A stretch of DNA of 64,000 nucleotides from an uncultured Flavobacterium sp. (GCA_964610785.1 CAZSZH010000003.1:11390-75389), one strand, 5' to 3'. Positions 27,713 to 38,243 are shown, numbered from the stretch's first letter. Notes: a model not told the origin generated them from the letters alone. Numbers and translations: made by a program.

Positions 27713-30130
27713 TTATTTTTTCTTTCTTATAAAAAACGAAAATATTTTTTTTAATAAAGATTTTTTTACATCATTATCTCCTCCATAGCCATAGCCATAG
27801 CCATAATTATATTTGTAAGCATATTTATATCCATATCCGTAAGAATCAGACATCCCAATATTGTTTACAAGATATACTAGGTTTTTAAGTTTATTTTGCT
27901 CGCTCAAACCTAAAGAATATTCTAAAATGCCTTTTGGTGTAAATCCAGCTCTAACAATATACAAAGTAGTATCTGCTAATTGGGAAATCATCAAAGTATC
28001 TGCCACCAATAATGTTGGAGCTGTATCAAAAATAATAAGATCATACACTTTTTTAGCTTCTTCTAATAATTTTTCTAATCTACCATTAGATAATAATTCA
28101 GCAGGATTTGGTGGTATTTTACCAGAAAAAATAATATCTAAATTATCATTACCTAACTGATTAATATTAGTAATGTCTTTCAAATTAATAGATGTATTAT
28201 GAAGAAAATCCTGCAATCCAATCGATTCCTTTTTAACATTAACATAATTATGTAATTGTGGATTTCTTAAATCGGAACCTATCAACAAGACTTTTTTATT
28301 CATTAAGGAATATGAAATTGCTAAATTGATTGTCGCAAAAGTTTTTCCTTCCCCTTTAATTGTCGATGTAACTAAAATTACTTGCCCAAGATTATCCGGT
28401 TTTAAAGGTAAGACGTAAGATAAATTAGTTCTCAATATCCTAAAAGCTTCTCCAAGAAGTGATCGATCATTTACGCCTGTTAATCTCTCCTCAGAATCAA
28501 TATGAGGAATCTCGGCAATTACAATTTTATTTTTTACTCTTTTAAGAAGGTCCTCTTTTGTATGAATTTTATCATCTAACAAGAAAATTGTAAATAAAAT
28601 TAAAAATGGTATCGCTAATCCTGCTAAAATTGAACCCGAAATATAAATTGATTTTACAGGTGCAACCGGAATTGAATCGGTCAAAGCGTAATCAACAACT
28701 TTAACAGTTGAAGAAGTAATAGCTAAATTTATAGCTGCTTCTTCTCGTTTTTGAAGCAACAAAATATATAATGCTTCTTTAATAGCTCTTTGTCGTTCAA
28801 TTGCATTTAATACTTTTTCATCATTAGGAATAGCACTAAATTTATCCGAAGTTACCTTTTTAAAATAATTATTTTTAGAAAGTGAAACTTCCATTTCAGC
28901 TTGATAAGACTTTAGCGATTGCAAAATGTTTTTTTGGAGTTGGCTTAATTTGTCATTAATAGCAGTAACTACAGGATTTTTAGCGCCTCCACTTACTAAT
29001 ATTCGTTCGCGCTCTAAAACAACAGAATTATAGTCGGCAATAATTTTATTTACTTCTTCACTAAACACACCAATATTACTTGGAATTAAATCATGTTTTG
29101 AATCAGTTTTTACAGTTTGCTCCAATATTTTGGATAATGCTATTTGTGTTTCAATTTGAAAAACATCATTTTTCTTCAAAATCTTTTGCTCTGAAATAGA
29201 GCCAGCATCAGCTTCTAAAAAAGTTAATTCATTATCTTTTTTATACCTTGCTTTATCAGTTTCTATGGAATCAAGATCTTGTTCGATAGATTTAAAACGA
29301 TTATTTATAAAATCAATTGTTTTTTGATACACTAATCTTCGATCTATAACTCCATCATTTTCATATTGTTTAATGATTTCATTAATTACTGCTTCTATTT
29401 TATCTTTATTAGCACCCTTAATAGAAATAGTTAAAATATCTGCTTTTTCATTAGTATTAACAATTTTTATATCACTCAAGAGCCCAAGTATCTCATTATT
29501 TATTGAAGAATGATTAATTAAAAATTTTTGCCCATTTAATATTTTCAAATCTACGCCGATTTGCTTAGAAAGTTTAAATTTAAACTTATCTATATTTTCA
29601 ACTACATTAAAATGACAATCTTTATTAGTTACCCCTTCGTTGAATTTAGTAATTTTATATCCGCTATTGGTAATTTCAATTTCAAATGAAATACTTGTAT
29701 TATCCATCTCTACTGATGAATCCATCCATTCAATGGTAAAGGGTCTATTTTTCCACAATTCTATATTGTTAAAATAACCTACTTTATAATATTGAGTATT
29801 TAAATTTAGACTTCTACATACTTTCTCTTGAATTCTATGAGAATAAAATATTGCAATTTCATTATCCAAATTTACCCCTGTTTTCCCAAAAAAAGAAAGT
29901 CCACCATTTGAAGTAGGCATTGAAAAATCGCTTTTTGAATCATCTATAATCTTTACTGAAGCTTTGGATTCATAAACAGACACTGTGTGATTTAAATAAT
30001 ACTTTACTGCAAAAAAGCAAATGATTACTGATATCAAAAAAAAGTACCAATAACGTAAATAACTAAAAACCAATCGAATAATGTCAAAACTATTTTCTTT
30101 TTCATTATTTTCAAATTGAACATTTTCCAT
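27713..30130 (-). CDS. wzc: Polysaccharide co-polymerase / BY-kinase (copy 1)
   Basis: Two TM helices flanking a periplasmic domain, EAFRILRTN, Walker A GEGKT, DLRNP, PPNPAELL, DTAP and a Tyr-rich tail YGYGYKYAYKYNYGYGYGY. Confidence 0.93.
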   Translation of the reverse strand: MENVQFENNEKENSFDIIRLVFSYLRYWYFFLISVIICFFAVKYYLNHTVSVYESKASVKIIDDSKSDFSMPTSNGGLSFFGKTGVNLDNEIAIFYSHRIQEKVCRSLNLNTQYYKVGYFNNIELWKNRPFTIEWMDSSVEMDNTSISFEIEITNSGYKITKFNEGVTNKDCHFNVVENIDKFKFKLSKQIGVDLKILNGQKFLINHSSINNEILGLLSDIKIVNTNEKADILTISIKGANKDKIEAVINEIIKQYENDGVIDRRLVYQKTIDFINNRFKSIEQDLDSIETDKARYKKDNELTFLEADAGSISEQKILKKNDVFQIETQIALSKILEQTVKTDSKHDLIPSNIGVFSEEVNKIIADYNSVVLERERILVSGGAKNPVVTAINDKLSQLQKNILQSLKSYQAEMEVSLSKNNYFKKVTSDKFSAIPNDEKVLNAIERQRAIKEALYILLLQKREEAAINLAITSSTVKVVDYALTDSIPVAPVKSIYISGSILAGLAIPFLILFTIFLLDDKIHTKEDLLKRVKNKIVIAEIPHIDSEERLTGVNDRSLLGEAFRILRTNLSYVLPLKPDNLGQVILVTSTIKGEGKTFATINLAISYSLMNKKVLLIGSDLRNPQLHNYVNVKKESIGLQDFLHNTSINLKDITNINQLGNDNLDIIFSGKIPPNPAELLSNGRLEKLLEEAKKVYDLIIFDTAPTLLVADTLMISQLADTTLYIVRAGFTPKGILEYSLGLSEQNKLKNLVYLVNNIGMSDSYGYGYKYAYKYNYGYGYGYGGDNDVKKSLLKKIFSFFIRKKK

Positions 30131-30137
30131 GTTTTAA

Positions 30138-30899
30138 CTATTTTTTTAGTAATAAAATTAAGGTAAGAGCAAAAGAAACAACACTAAATAAGGTTCCAAT
30201 ATTAGTAATATAGCCTGCCGTCATGACTTTAGGCCCATTAGGATTCACTATAATGACATCATTTTGTTTTACATAATAATAAGGACCATTAAACCATTTC
30301 GAAGAAGTTAGATCTAGTTTAATATATGTTCGAACACCATTAATTTCTCTAATTAGCAATACATCTTTTCTTGATCCATTAATTGTTAAATCTGATGCGT
30401 AGCCAATGGCTTGATTCAATGAAATATTTTGCTCATCAAAAGGATAGGTTCCAGGTGCTTTAACCTCTCCAAGGACAGAAACTTTATTATTTACAATTCT
30501 AACACTGACGGTTGGCTCTTTTACATAATCTTTATCAATGAGCATTTTTGAAATCATATTTTGTACATCCGAAGGGCTTTTCCCTGAAACTTTAATATTT
30601 CCTAATACAGGAAAAGTTATGGTTCCATCTTGCAACACCAAATATCCTTGCAATCTATAAACTCCTAGGTTTGTATTATTTAATGAGCTAGTTTGAATAT
30701 TAAATGGTTCCACAGATTCTGGAATTAAAGCTGCAACCTTGATGTATAAAATATCATTAACCTCAATATTACCGGCAAGGTAATTAATATTATTTTGACC
30801 TCCACTAACAACGTCTTGGTAGTATAAAATATCTTTTTTATTGGCACAAGAGGCAAAAAATAAACTAATAAAAATTAATAGAAGTAGTTTTTTTAACAT
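30138..30899 (-). CDS. wza: Polysaccharide export lipoprotein (Wza/OPX family, copy 1)
   Basis: Lipobox FASC, DGTITFPVLG, VLGEVKAPG, LIRE and DVIIV motifs. Confidence 0.9.
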   Translation of the reverse strand: MLKKLLLLIFISLFFASCANKKDILYYQDVVSGGQNNINYLAGNIEVNDILYIKVAALIPESVEPFNIQTSSLNNTNLGVYRLQGYLVLQDGTITFPVLGNIKVSGKSPSDVQNMISKMLIDKDYVKEPTVSVRIVNNKVSVLGEVKAPGTYPFDEQNISLNQAIGYASDLTINGSRKDVLLIREINGVRTYIKLDLTSSKWFNGPYYYVKQNDVIIVNPNGPKVMTAGYITNIGTLFSVVSFALTLILLLKK

Positions 30900-30945
30900 A
30901 TTTTAAAGAATATTATAGTGTGGTTTATTATGTACATTTTGACTG

Positions 30946-30953
30946 CGAAATTA
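30946..30953 (-). promoter_or_regulatory. Variant -7 box (TAATTTCG) upstream of wza copy 1
   Basis: One mismatch to TAnnTTTG, 46 nt upstream of the ATG in a 104-bp gap. Confidence 0.45.
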
Positions 30954-31003
30954 CAATTTTGTTTTTTGTTTTTATACGTTTGTTCGGAAAATTGATAAAA
31001 TAT

Positions 31004-31630
31004 TTATTTATCCTGATCATTGAATTTTATTATTTTTGAAGGATTTCCGACGGCTATTGCATAATCGGGAATATCTCTCAAAACCACAGCACCCGCTCCA
31101 ATAGTCACCCATTTGCCAATTTTCACCCCTTGTATAATGCAGGCCCCTATCCCTATATGACTTCCCTCTCCTACTGATACATTACCTGCTAATGCTGCAC
31201 CAGGTGAAATATGTACAAAATTTTCTAAAACACAATCGTGCTCAACGATTGCGCCAGTATTTATTATACAATGATTTCCAACAACGACATCTGGATTGAT
31301 AATTGCTCCTGCCATTATCACAGTCCCATTTCCTATATTAGAATACTCTGAAACAATCGAATTGAGGTGAATAGCTGTTGTAAAATTTACATTTAAAAGA
31401 GTATGAGAAATCTTTTTTCTAATCTTATTATTTCCAATAGAAATTATTAAATTATTAATACCATCAAAATTGATGTTAGAAGTTTTTATGATTGAAACTC
31501 CCATAATAGTAGCTTCTTTAGGATTATCATCTATAACTACATCGACATGAACCGAATTACTTTTAAGAATATCGATGATTACTTTACCATGCCCACTAGC
31601 GCCAAAAAGTGTTACACTATCTTCCATCAA
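31004..31630 (-). CDS. Hexapeptide-repeat sugar acetyltransferase (PglD/NeuD family)
   Basis: FGASGHGKV, IGNN, left-handed beta-helix repeats (IINTGAIVEHDC) and GNPSK. Confidence 0.92.
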   Translation of the reverse strand: MMEDSVTLFGASGHGKVIIDILKSNSVHVDVVIDDNPKEATIMGVSIIKTSNINFDGINNLIISIGNNKIRKKISHTLLNVNFTTAIHLNSIVSEYSNIGNGTVIMAGAIINPDVVVGNHCIINTGAIVEHDCVLENFVHISPGAALAGNVSVGEGSHIGIGACIIQGVKIGKWVTIGAGAVVLRDIPDYAIAVGNPSKIIKFNDQDK

Positions 31631-32219
31631 AAGGTTCTATTGTTGCAGCATTTGCAGCGTTAATTCCATCACTTTTTATAACTTTTAAAATAGTTTTAAA
31701 AAAAATTTTAACATCTAAAAAAAATGATATATGATCAACATACCAAACATCGTATTCAAATTTTTTATCCCATGAAATGGCATTTCTACCATTAACTTGT
31801 GCCCAACCCGTTATCCCAGGTTTTACTTCATGCCTTCTATTTTGAAAATCACTATATAAATGCAAGTATTCCGGTAACAATGGTCTTGGTCCTATTAAAC
31901 TCATATCACCTTTTAAAACATTTAGTAACTGAGGAATTTCGTCTATGGAAGTTTTACGTACAAAACGTCCCACATTAGTAAGTCGCTCGGCGTCTGAAAG
32001 CAATTGACCATTTTCGTTTTTCCTATCATTCATCGTTTTAAACTTTATTATTTTAAAACTCTTACCTTTTTCCCCTGGACGAATTTGAACAAAAAAAGGC
32101 TTACCTCCATTAGCAAAATACAACAATATTGTAACAGCCATAAATACAGGAAAAAGCAACACTAATCCAATAAAAGCCAATATAATATCAAATAACCTTT
32201 TTAAAAAAAATCTATACAT
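31617..32219 (-). CDS. Undecaprenyl-phosphate sugar phosphotransferase (PglC-like small monotopic PGT)
   Basis: KRLFD, RPG, KFKTM, DELP-type DEIPQL, GDMSLIGPRP, RHEVKPGITGWAQV and YDVWY motifs. Start set at MYRFFLKR (32219), just after the upstream stop. Confidence 0.93.
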   Translation of the reverse strand: MYRFFLKRLFDIILAFIGLVLLFPVFMAVTILLYFANGGKPFFVQIRPGEKGKSFKIIKFKTMNDRKNENGQLLSDAERLTNVGRFVRKTSIDEIPQLLNVLKGDMSLIGPRPLLPEYLHLYSDFQNRRHEVKPGITGWAQVNGRNAISWDKKFEYDVWYVDHISFFLDVKIFFKTILKVIKSDGINAANAATIEPFDGR

Positions 32220-32221
32220 TG

Positions 32222-33373
32222 CTACTGGACTTTTTGGTATTCTTTCAAAATCGATAGCCAAACTACTTTTTGCTCATATCGTTTCAATATCATTTCTCTA
32301 GCCGCTTTTTTCATTTCGTTGAATAATTCTACATCCGAAATGACCAATTTCATTGTCTCAAAAATAACATTTTGATTCTTAACTGGAATTATTAATCCAT
32401 TTTTATTTTGAACTATTATTTCGTTACATCCATTTATGTCTGAAACTATACAAGGCAAACTCATGGCACCTGCCTGCATAACTACATTAGGAAAACCTTC
32501 CCTATAACTAGGAAAAACCAAACAGTCTGCAATAGCAAAAAAAGAGCGCACATCATTTTGAAATCCTACCGATATAATAGATTTATTTTGTTTGATAATT
32601 TGAATAGTCAGGGGAGATAAAGGATCTAAATCATTTTCATAATCTCCTACTAATAATAATTTTGCCAAAGGCTGTTCTTTTTCAAGTTTTTCAAAAGCAA
32701 TTACTAATTCATTTATCCCTTTATCAGTTACCAAACGGCCGACAAAAATAAAAACAAAATCATCGCTTGAAATATGTAATAGTCTTCTCAATTTTTTATT
32801 ATCTGCTTCAGGAAACAAATCTCTTGAAAAAAATGAGGTATCAATTCCGTTTGTACTCCCGTTGGCTAACACTTTAAGTTTAGTTGAAGAACAATAGTTA
32901 TTATTTTCAATAATATTTTTTAAACCAAAAGAGTTTGGATACACTTTGGTGGCAAAATGATAAGTTAGTCTCTCTACAAAATCTAAAATTTTTCTTTTAA
33001 AACCAGATTCTTCGAGCAATGGCATTCCTGCAACAGTATGAAATCTATTGGGGACCCTAGCCAAAAAAGCCGCTAACATACCAACTATTCCTGCTTTTGG
33101 AGTATGTGTGTGAACAATTAAAGGTTTTTCTTTTCTTAAAAATAAAACTAATTTTAATACTGCAAAAACATCTTGAATAGGTGTTATCTTTCTAGACATT
33201 TCCAAATGAAAAGTAGCAACGTTTTCTTTCTTTCCAATTTTTGCTAAATATTCCTTCTCCGAAGAAACCGCAATAACATCATAAAACGAATTCATAAACT
33301 TCAATTGTCCTGATAATAATTTATCTAACGAGATAGGAACAGTTGTAATTCGGATTAATTTGGATTTAGTCAT
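32222..33373 (-). CDS. Glycosyltransferase family 4
   Basis: HTHTPKAG, VGRLVTDKG, FPSYREGFPNVVMQA and SDINGCNE motifs. Confidence 0.93.
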   Translation of the reverse strand: MTKSKLIRITTVPISLDKLLSGQLKFMNSFYDVIAVSSEKEYLAKIGKKENVATFHLEMSRKITPIQDVFAVLKLVLFLRKEKPLIVHTHTPKAGIVGMLAAFLARVPNRFHTVAGMPLLEESGFKRKILDFVERLTYHFATKVYPNSFGLKNIIENNNYCSSTKLKVLANGSTNGIDTSFFSRDLFPEADNKKLRRLLHISSDDFVFIFVGRLVTDKGINELVIAFEKLEKEQPLAKLLLVGDYENDLDPLSPLTIQIIKQNKSIISVGFQNDVRSFFAIADCLVFPSYREGFPNVVMQAGAMSLPCIVSDINGCNEIIVQNKNGLIIPVKNQNVIFETMKLVISDVELFNEMKKAAREMILKRYEQKVVWLSILKEYQKVQ

Positions 33374-33424
33374 TTTAGTTTATTATAGATAAATTAAAGC
33401 TTTCAGTTTATTAAATATTTACAC

Positions 33425-34591
33425 TTAATTTGATTTTAATCTTTTTACTTTCTCAATGGCTACTTGTTTTTTATATGATAAAGACCATAAAATAAATATG
33501 AGTAACCCCGGTAAAAACATATTTCGCATTCTAATCATAATTCCTAAATTACCAAGTGACTGACTAAATGCCAAAGTTCCAATAATCAGAAAGAAAACTA
33601 AACCTTTTATAACAAAAGGCGAGTTCTTAAAAGTTTTTATTGGATTATTCGTAAAAACTTTGATGGTTAAAATAAGTAAAAATAAATTTTCAATAGACGC
33701 CACTAGAGAAGGAATTCCATTTACATCAAAAAAAAGAGGTCGAAATAAAAAAGTAAATACTTTTAATGGAAAGGGATAAGAAGAAATGTCAATTTTTGAG
33801 CCTGTAGATGCCCTACTTAATAAAGAAGCTTTGTCACCTGCAAACTTATTAAAACTTTCAATGGAAGCATTCTCTACTTTTGCAAATTTTAGAACACTAG
33901 GAAGGATTAGGATTATGACGATTATCATTGCTGAACTAAAAACAATCCTTTGAAATTTTGATATTTTAGATCCCGTCATATAAGATAATCCAAACCCCAT
34001 AACCATAAACAAAGCCATGTGAGGCCTTATAAAATAAGATAATAAAAGTGCTAAAACTATCATAGGAATTCTTTTAAATGGTTTTATAATTCCATAAAAG
34101 AATATCCCTATACAAAAAAACAATAAAGTATCTTTTCCAACTCCAGAACTCCAAAAATGAAGCATTGGTAAAAAAAAAAGCAATGGAAATAATTTAACGT
34201 TATTCAGTTTAGAATTATAAGGTATTAATTCTAAAGCAATTAAATAGAAATAGGTTAATCCAATAAATCCAAATAAGCTATAAAGCATTGTTCCCGATAG
34301 ATAAGACAATCCTAAAACATTGGACGGAAAATAATTTAATGCAATTAAAAAAAAGGTTCCTTCTGAATTATGAAAGTATTCAACTGCTTGTTTAAAATTA
34401 ATTGATTTTGGTACCCTCCAATATCCTATTGAATCTCCTTGAATAAAAAAACAATAATATACCCCAAAAATCAAATGGTAAAAAAAAAGTTTTTGAAGTA
34501 TGGAAATATTATAGGATTCTAGCTTTGTTTTAAAACTATTTATGAATAACAATCCTAAACCTATTATAAAAAGTATAAATAAAATATCCAT
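33425..34591 (-). CDS. Polytopic membrane protein; putative Wzy-type polysaccharide polymerase
   Basis: About 10 hydrophobic segments with GDSIGY, WSSGVGKD, IRPH and NLGIMIRMR in loops. Position within a wzx cluster; no other polymerase candidate in the window. Confidence 0.6.
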   Translation of the reverse strand: MDILFILFIIGLGLLFINSFKTKLESYNISILQKLFFYHLIFGVYYCFFIQGDSIGYWRVPKSINFKQAVEYFHNSEGTFFLIALNYFPSNVLGLSYLSGTMLYSLFGFIGLTYFYLIALELIPYNSKLNNVKLFPLLFFLPMLHFWSSGVGKDTLLFFCIGIFFYGIIKPFKRIPMIVLALLLSYFIRPHMALFMVMGFGLSYMTGSKISKFQRIVFSSAMIIVIILILPSVLKFAKVENASIESFNKFAGDKASLLSRASTGSKIDISSYPFPLKVFTFLFRPLFFDVNGIPSLVASIENLFLLILTIKVFTNNPIKTFKNSPFVIKGLVFFLIIGTLAFSQSLGNLGIMIRMRNMFLPGLLIFILWSLSYKKQVAIEKVKRLKSN

Positions 34592-34658
34592 TTAATTAAT
34601 TTTAATAGGTTATTTAATGATTTATGAATTTTAGAAGTAACTAAATAAACTGTTCAAT

Positions 34659-35888
34659 TTAGTTCTCTAATATTGACACATGTGATTTATAACTCAATTC
34701 TTTTGAAGTAAAACTTATATTATTTTTGTATTTTTCTTTTAGGAAATCAAAATTTTCTATGCCAAATTGTATTGATTTAGCTAAACTTTCTATGCTAGAA
34801 GGCTTAAAATCAATAGATAAAAATTCATTCACATTTACTTCTTTTACACTTTTAAAGCTACCATTAATGACTATTTTACCAGAGATCAATGCATCTAGAT
34901 ACTTAACATGGATAATTAATTCCGAATAAATATTTTGTTTATCGGGGCATACAATAATATCCGCTAAATCTTGATAGGTTCTTAAATGACAATAGGGAAT
35001 TCTGCCAATAAATACAACTTTATCGTTTATTTCTTTTTCTCCTACAATTGAAATACACTCCTCCATAGTTGGACCATCTCCAACAATTAAAAGCCTTGTA
35101 TTGTAGTATTTAACAATTTTTGAAAATGCCAAAATTAAATCAGGAACACCACCTGTTTTTTTAAAAGCTCCAGCAAAAAAAATTATCTTTTCATCTGTCT
35201 TAATGTTGAATTTTGTCAACAATTCACTTTTTAATTCAAAATCAACTTTATCTAAAATTGCATCTGAACTCAATACATAAGGAATAATATAATTATGCTT
35301 TTCATTAACCTTAGGATATTGATTGCAAAAAAAATCTTTCATTGCTTGACTAGCAAATATCAATGATTTAGCATTACTAAAAACTTTTTTATCTAATAAA
35401 TTTGAAATGAAATATTTATTATTAAACTTAATTTTATCCATTATTGATTTAGCATGATTTGCTTGAAATTTAAACTCTAAAGTTGCAACACCGTGTAAAT
35501 CATTAATATAATCTTCTATAATTTTTTGATGTTTTAAGCAATATCCAATAGAATTATCTAAATATTCAAAAAAGTAAATTGGCTCTTTATCAAACCTATC
35601 TTTAATAATATCCCTTAATCTGTTAAATAATTTTAAGTATTTAATTTTAATTAATGACATTGGCAATATCCCTAACAATCCTTGAAAAATTCTTTTGTCG
35701 CTTCTAGAAAACAAAAAGTCAATAAAAAAATGTTGAATATTATTTTCAAAAAGATGGTATTTCTTTGTATTAGAAATAAAAATTACCTCATGCCCTTTTT
35801 TAGAAAGTTCATTCATTATACCTTGCATGCGAATAGTTCCCCCACCCTCATGACTAAAATCATTCATTGAAAAAAAAACAAATCTCAT
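34659..35888 (-). CDS. Glycosyltransferase family 4
   Basis: EGGGTIR, FAGAFKKTGG, LLIVGDGP and FIGRIP motifs. Confidence 0.85.
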   Translation of the reverse strand: MRFVFFSMNDFSHEGGGTIRMQGIMNELSKKGHEVIFISNTKKYHLFENNIQHFFIDFLFSRSDKRIFQGLLGILPMSLIKIKYLKLFNRLRDIIKDRFDKEPIYFFEYLDNSIGYCLKHQKIIEDYINDLHGVATLEFKFQANHAKSIMDKIKFNNKYFISNLLDKKVFSNAKSLIFASQAMKDFFCNQYPKVNEKHNYIIPYVLSSDAILDKVDFELKSELLTKFNIKTDEKIIFFAGAFKKTGGVPDLILAFSKIVKYYNTRLLIVGDGPTMEECISIVGEKEINDKVVFIGRIPYCHLRTYQDLADIIVCPDKQNIYSELIIHVKYLDALISGKIVINGSFKSVKEVNVNEFLSIDFKPSSIESLAKSIQFGIENFDFLKEKYKNNISFTSKELSYKSHVSILEN

Positions 35889-35890
35889 AA

Positions 35891-37024
35891 TTATTTGAAT
35901 AACCCTTTTGCCTTCATTTCTTCAATAGATTTCGAATAGTTATCTTCCATGATCTTTTGAGATTTTACCCACTCAACAAATTTAGAGACTCCTGTATTAA
36001 AATTGTGTTGAGCTTGAAACCCTAACTTATTTTTAATTTTATCCAAATCAGCGAAATTATGTCTTATATCTCCCAATCGAAAATTCTTGGTAATATTAAT
36101 TTCTACATTTGAATTGTAGAACTCTTTTAGTCTACGAGCTACTTCGATTACAGGAGTTGCCACACCAGATCCTACATTAAAAATTTCATAATTAGCCTCA
36201 TCTTTTTGAATACCGAGAATTGTAGCATTAACAACATCGTCAATATAAACAAAATCTCTACTTTCTAATCCGTCTTCAAAAATATTAATATTATTTCCAT
36301 TTCTAATTTGTGTTGAAAATATAGAAAGAATTCCAGTGTAAGGATTTTTTAGTGACTGTCCTGGTCCATAAACATTCTGATATCTGTAAGCCACAGCAGG
36401 AACAGCTATCGATTTACATACATTTAAGACCATTTGCTCTTGATTTTGTTTAGTTATTCCATAAACTGATGAAGGATGAATTTTAGAATCTTCATCAGTA
36501 GCGAGAATTTTGGTCGTTGTTTTACATATTGGACATTTTGGTTCAAAATCTGCTTTTAATAAATCTTCTTCCAATCTTTCTGTTGGGTATACATTACCAT
36601 GAGTGTCACATTTATATTTTCCTTCTCCATATATTGCTCTTGATGAAGCAATTATGACTTTATTAATATTATTCTTTTTATTAACCAAATAATCCAAAAA
36701 AATTGCAGTTCCATTAATATTTACATCAACATATTTTTGTACCTCATACATTGATTGCCCTGTTCCTGTTTCAGCTGCCAAATGAACAACAATATTTTGA
36801 TTTTCAAGAGCTTGATACCAATCTGATTTATTTCTTACATCTCCTTTAATAAATCTAACCTTACCTTTTATTGATTGGTATAGGCTAGAATCTTCTGATT
36901 TTCCATGAATCTGTTCCGATAAATTATCTAAAACAGTCACATTATAGCCTAGACTATTCAGTTTATTAGCTAAATTTGATCCTATAAATCCTGCACCGCC
37001 AGTAATTAAAACATTATTATTCAT
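35891..37024 (-). CDS. NAD-dependent epimerase/dehydratase, WbiB-like subfamily with a Cys/His insert
   Basis: [35 protein letters not shown] (YxxxK) and QNVYGPGQS. Start set at MNNNVLITGG (37024). Confidence 0.9.
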   Translation of the reverse strand: MNNNVLITGGAGFIGSNLANKLNSLGYNVTVLDNLSEQIHGKSEDSSLYQSIKGKVRFIKGDVRNKSDWYQALENQNIVVHLAAETGTGQSMYEVQKYVDVNINGTAIFLDYLVNKKNNINKVIIASSRAIYGEGKYKCDTHGNVYPTERLEEDLLKADFEPKCPICKTTTKILATDEDSKIHPSSVYGITKQNQEQMVLNVCKSIAVPAVAYRYQNVYGPGQSLKNPYTGILSIFSTQIRNGNNINIFEDGLESRDFVYIDDVVNATILGIQKDEANYEIFNVGSGVATPVIEVARRLKEFYNSNVEINITKNFRLGDIRHNFADLDKIKNKLGFQAQHNFNTGVSKFVEWVKSQKIMEDNYSKSIEEMKAKGLFK

Positions 37025-37052
37025 TGTTACATTTATTATTTTTTTGCAAATA

Positions 37053-38243
37053 TTATAATAATTTATTGAAAGAACGCATATAACTCTCAACACTTTTTTC
37101 TATTGAAAAATATTGAATGCCATACGCTCTAATTTTGTTGTGATCAACATCTGAAAGGTTTTCTATAAATGAAATCGCATTTTGCATACTTTCTTGATCA
37201 TGATTAAATAAAAAACAATTTGGTATACTACTAATTATTTCATCACTATCACCAATACCCATTGAGGCTATAGTCGGAAGTCCCATAAGTAAATATTCCC
37301 CTAATTTTATGGGTGCCACCCCTTGCATACTGAATTTTGGTTCTCTGATGGCAAAAGCCACATCTGCCGCTGATAAATATTGTGGAACTTGTTCAAATGG
37401 AACTTTTTTAACTATTATTTTATCTGAAATGTCATCTGGAATTCTTTCTTGGGCAAATTCTATATTTCCTGTTAAAATTAAAAATTTTGAATGGTCATAA
37501 ATTTTTAATGACGCTCTAAAAATAGCAATCATTTCACTCCAACCATATTGAGGTCCTAAAGACCCACAATAGACAAATACCTTTGTCTGCTCTGATATAT
37601 TCAATTCGTTTCTCATTGAATTTCTTAACGAATTATTTGAATTGAAAAAATCAATATTTCTGCCATTAAAAACAACAGAAAATTTTTCTGAAAAATTATT
37701 TCCAATAGTTTTTAAATGAATGTCAACAGCTTTTTTAGAGCGTGTTACTACAGCATCCGCATTTAAAAGCATTTTTGTTTCTTCATATTTAAAGAACTTA
37801 TATTGTTTGCTTGTTTTTAAAAGTCCAGAAAAATCAACTCGTTCTTCTATTGGCAATCCATCAGCATCAAAAACAATTTTAAAATTTTTCTTTCTAATTC
37901 TGTTGACCATTATAGAAGGCAGGGTACTTCTTGGCATTACAATATTAATACTATTATTTTTAATATATTTTTGAATGTATTGTATTCCTTTATATAATGT
38001 TAATAAACTACCAATAGTAGCAATAGGCTTTCTTATGATAGGTTTTGCTGTATAGACTATATTTAATTCTTTAGCCTTATTCCTTGTAATTGCAACTCTT
38101 TCTTCAGACCCCCAAGTAAACTGAATTACATGAAATTCATACTTACTTTTATCTTGCATAGCACTAAATATAGGCATAAATAATCCTTCCATATAGCTGG
38201 TTTGTGGGCCGTCCCAAGTTATGAAAAGTGCTCTTTTTGTCAT
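37053..38243 (-). CDS. Glycosyltransferase (GT4-like)
   Basis: VYCGSLG, VPFEQVPQYL and PIKLGEYLLMGLP motifs. Confidence 0.85.
   Translation of the reverse strand: MTKRALFITWDGPQTSYMEGLFMPIFSAMQDKSKYEFHVIQFTWGSEERVAITRNKAKELNIVYTAKPIIRKPIATIGSLLTLYKGIQYIQKYIKNNSINIVMPRSTLPSIMVNRIRKKNFKIVFDADGLPIEERVDFSGLLKTSKQYKFFKYEETKMLLNADAVVTRSKKAVDIHLKTIGNNFSEKFSVVFNGRNIDFFNSNNSLRNSMRNELNISEQTKVFVYCGSLGPQYGWSEMIAIFRASLKIYDHSKFLILTGNIEFAQERIPDDISDKIIVKKVPFEQVPQYLSAADVAFAIREPKFSMQGVAPIKLGEYLLMGLPTIASMGIGDSDEIISSIPNCFLFNHDQESMQNAISFIENLSDVDHNKIRAYGIQYFSIEKSVESYMRSFNKLL

Noticed and set aside
27783-27806. CCATAG x3 plus CCATAA tandem repeat
   Set aside because: It encodes the Gly-Tyr repeats of the Wzc autophosphorylation tail; explained by protein function, not a contingency locus or CRISPR.
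31004-31630. Acetyltransferase as a NeuD sialic-acid O-acetyltransferase
   Set aside because: PglD and NeuD share a family, but the gene overlaps the PglC-like PGT and lies 13 kb from the neu genes, so a PglD role is more parsimonious.
34170-34179. T10 coding-strand tract in the Wzy candidate, and other A/T runs of 8-12 nt (e.g. 56862-56873)
   Set aside because: A/T homopolymers are frequent throughout this AT-rich window and the frames are intact; without read data there is no evidence of phase variation.
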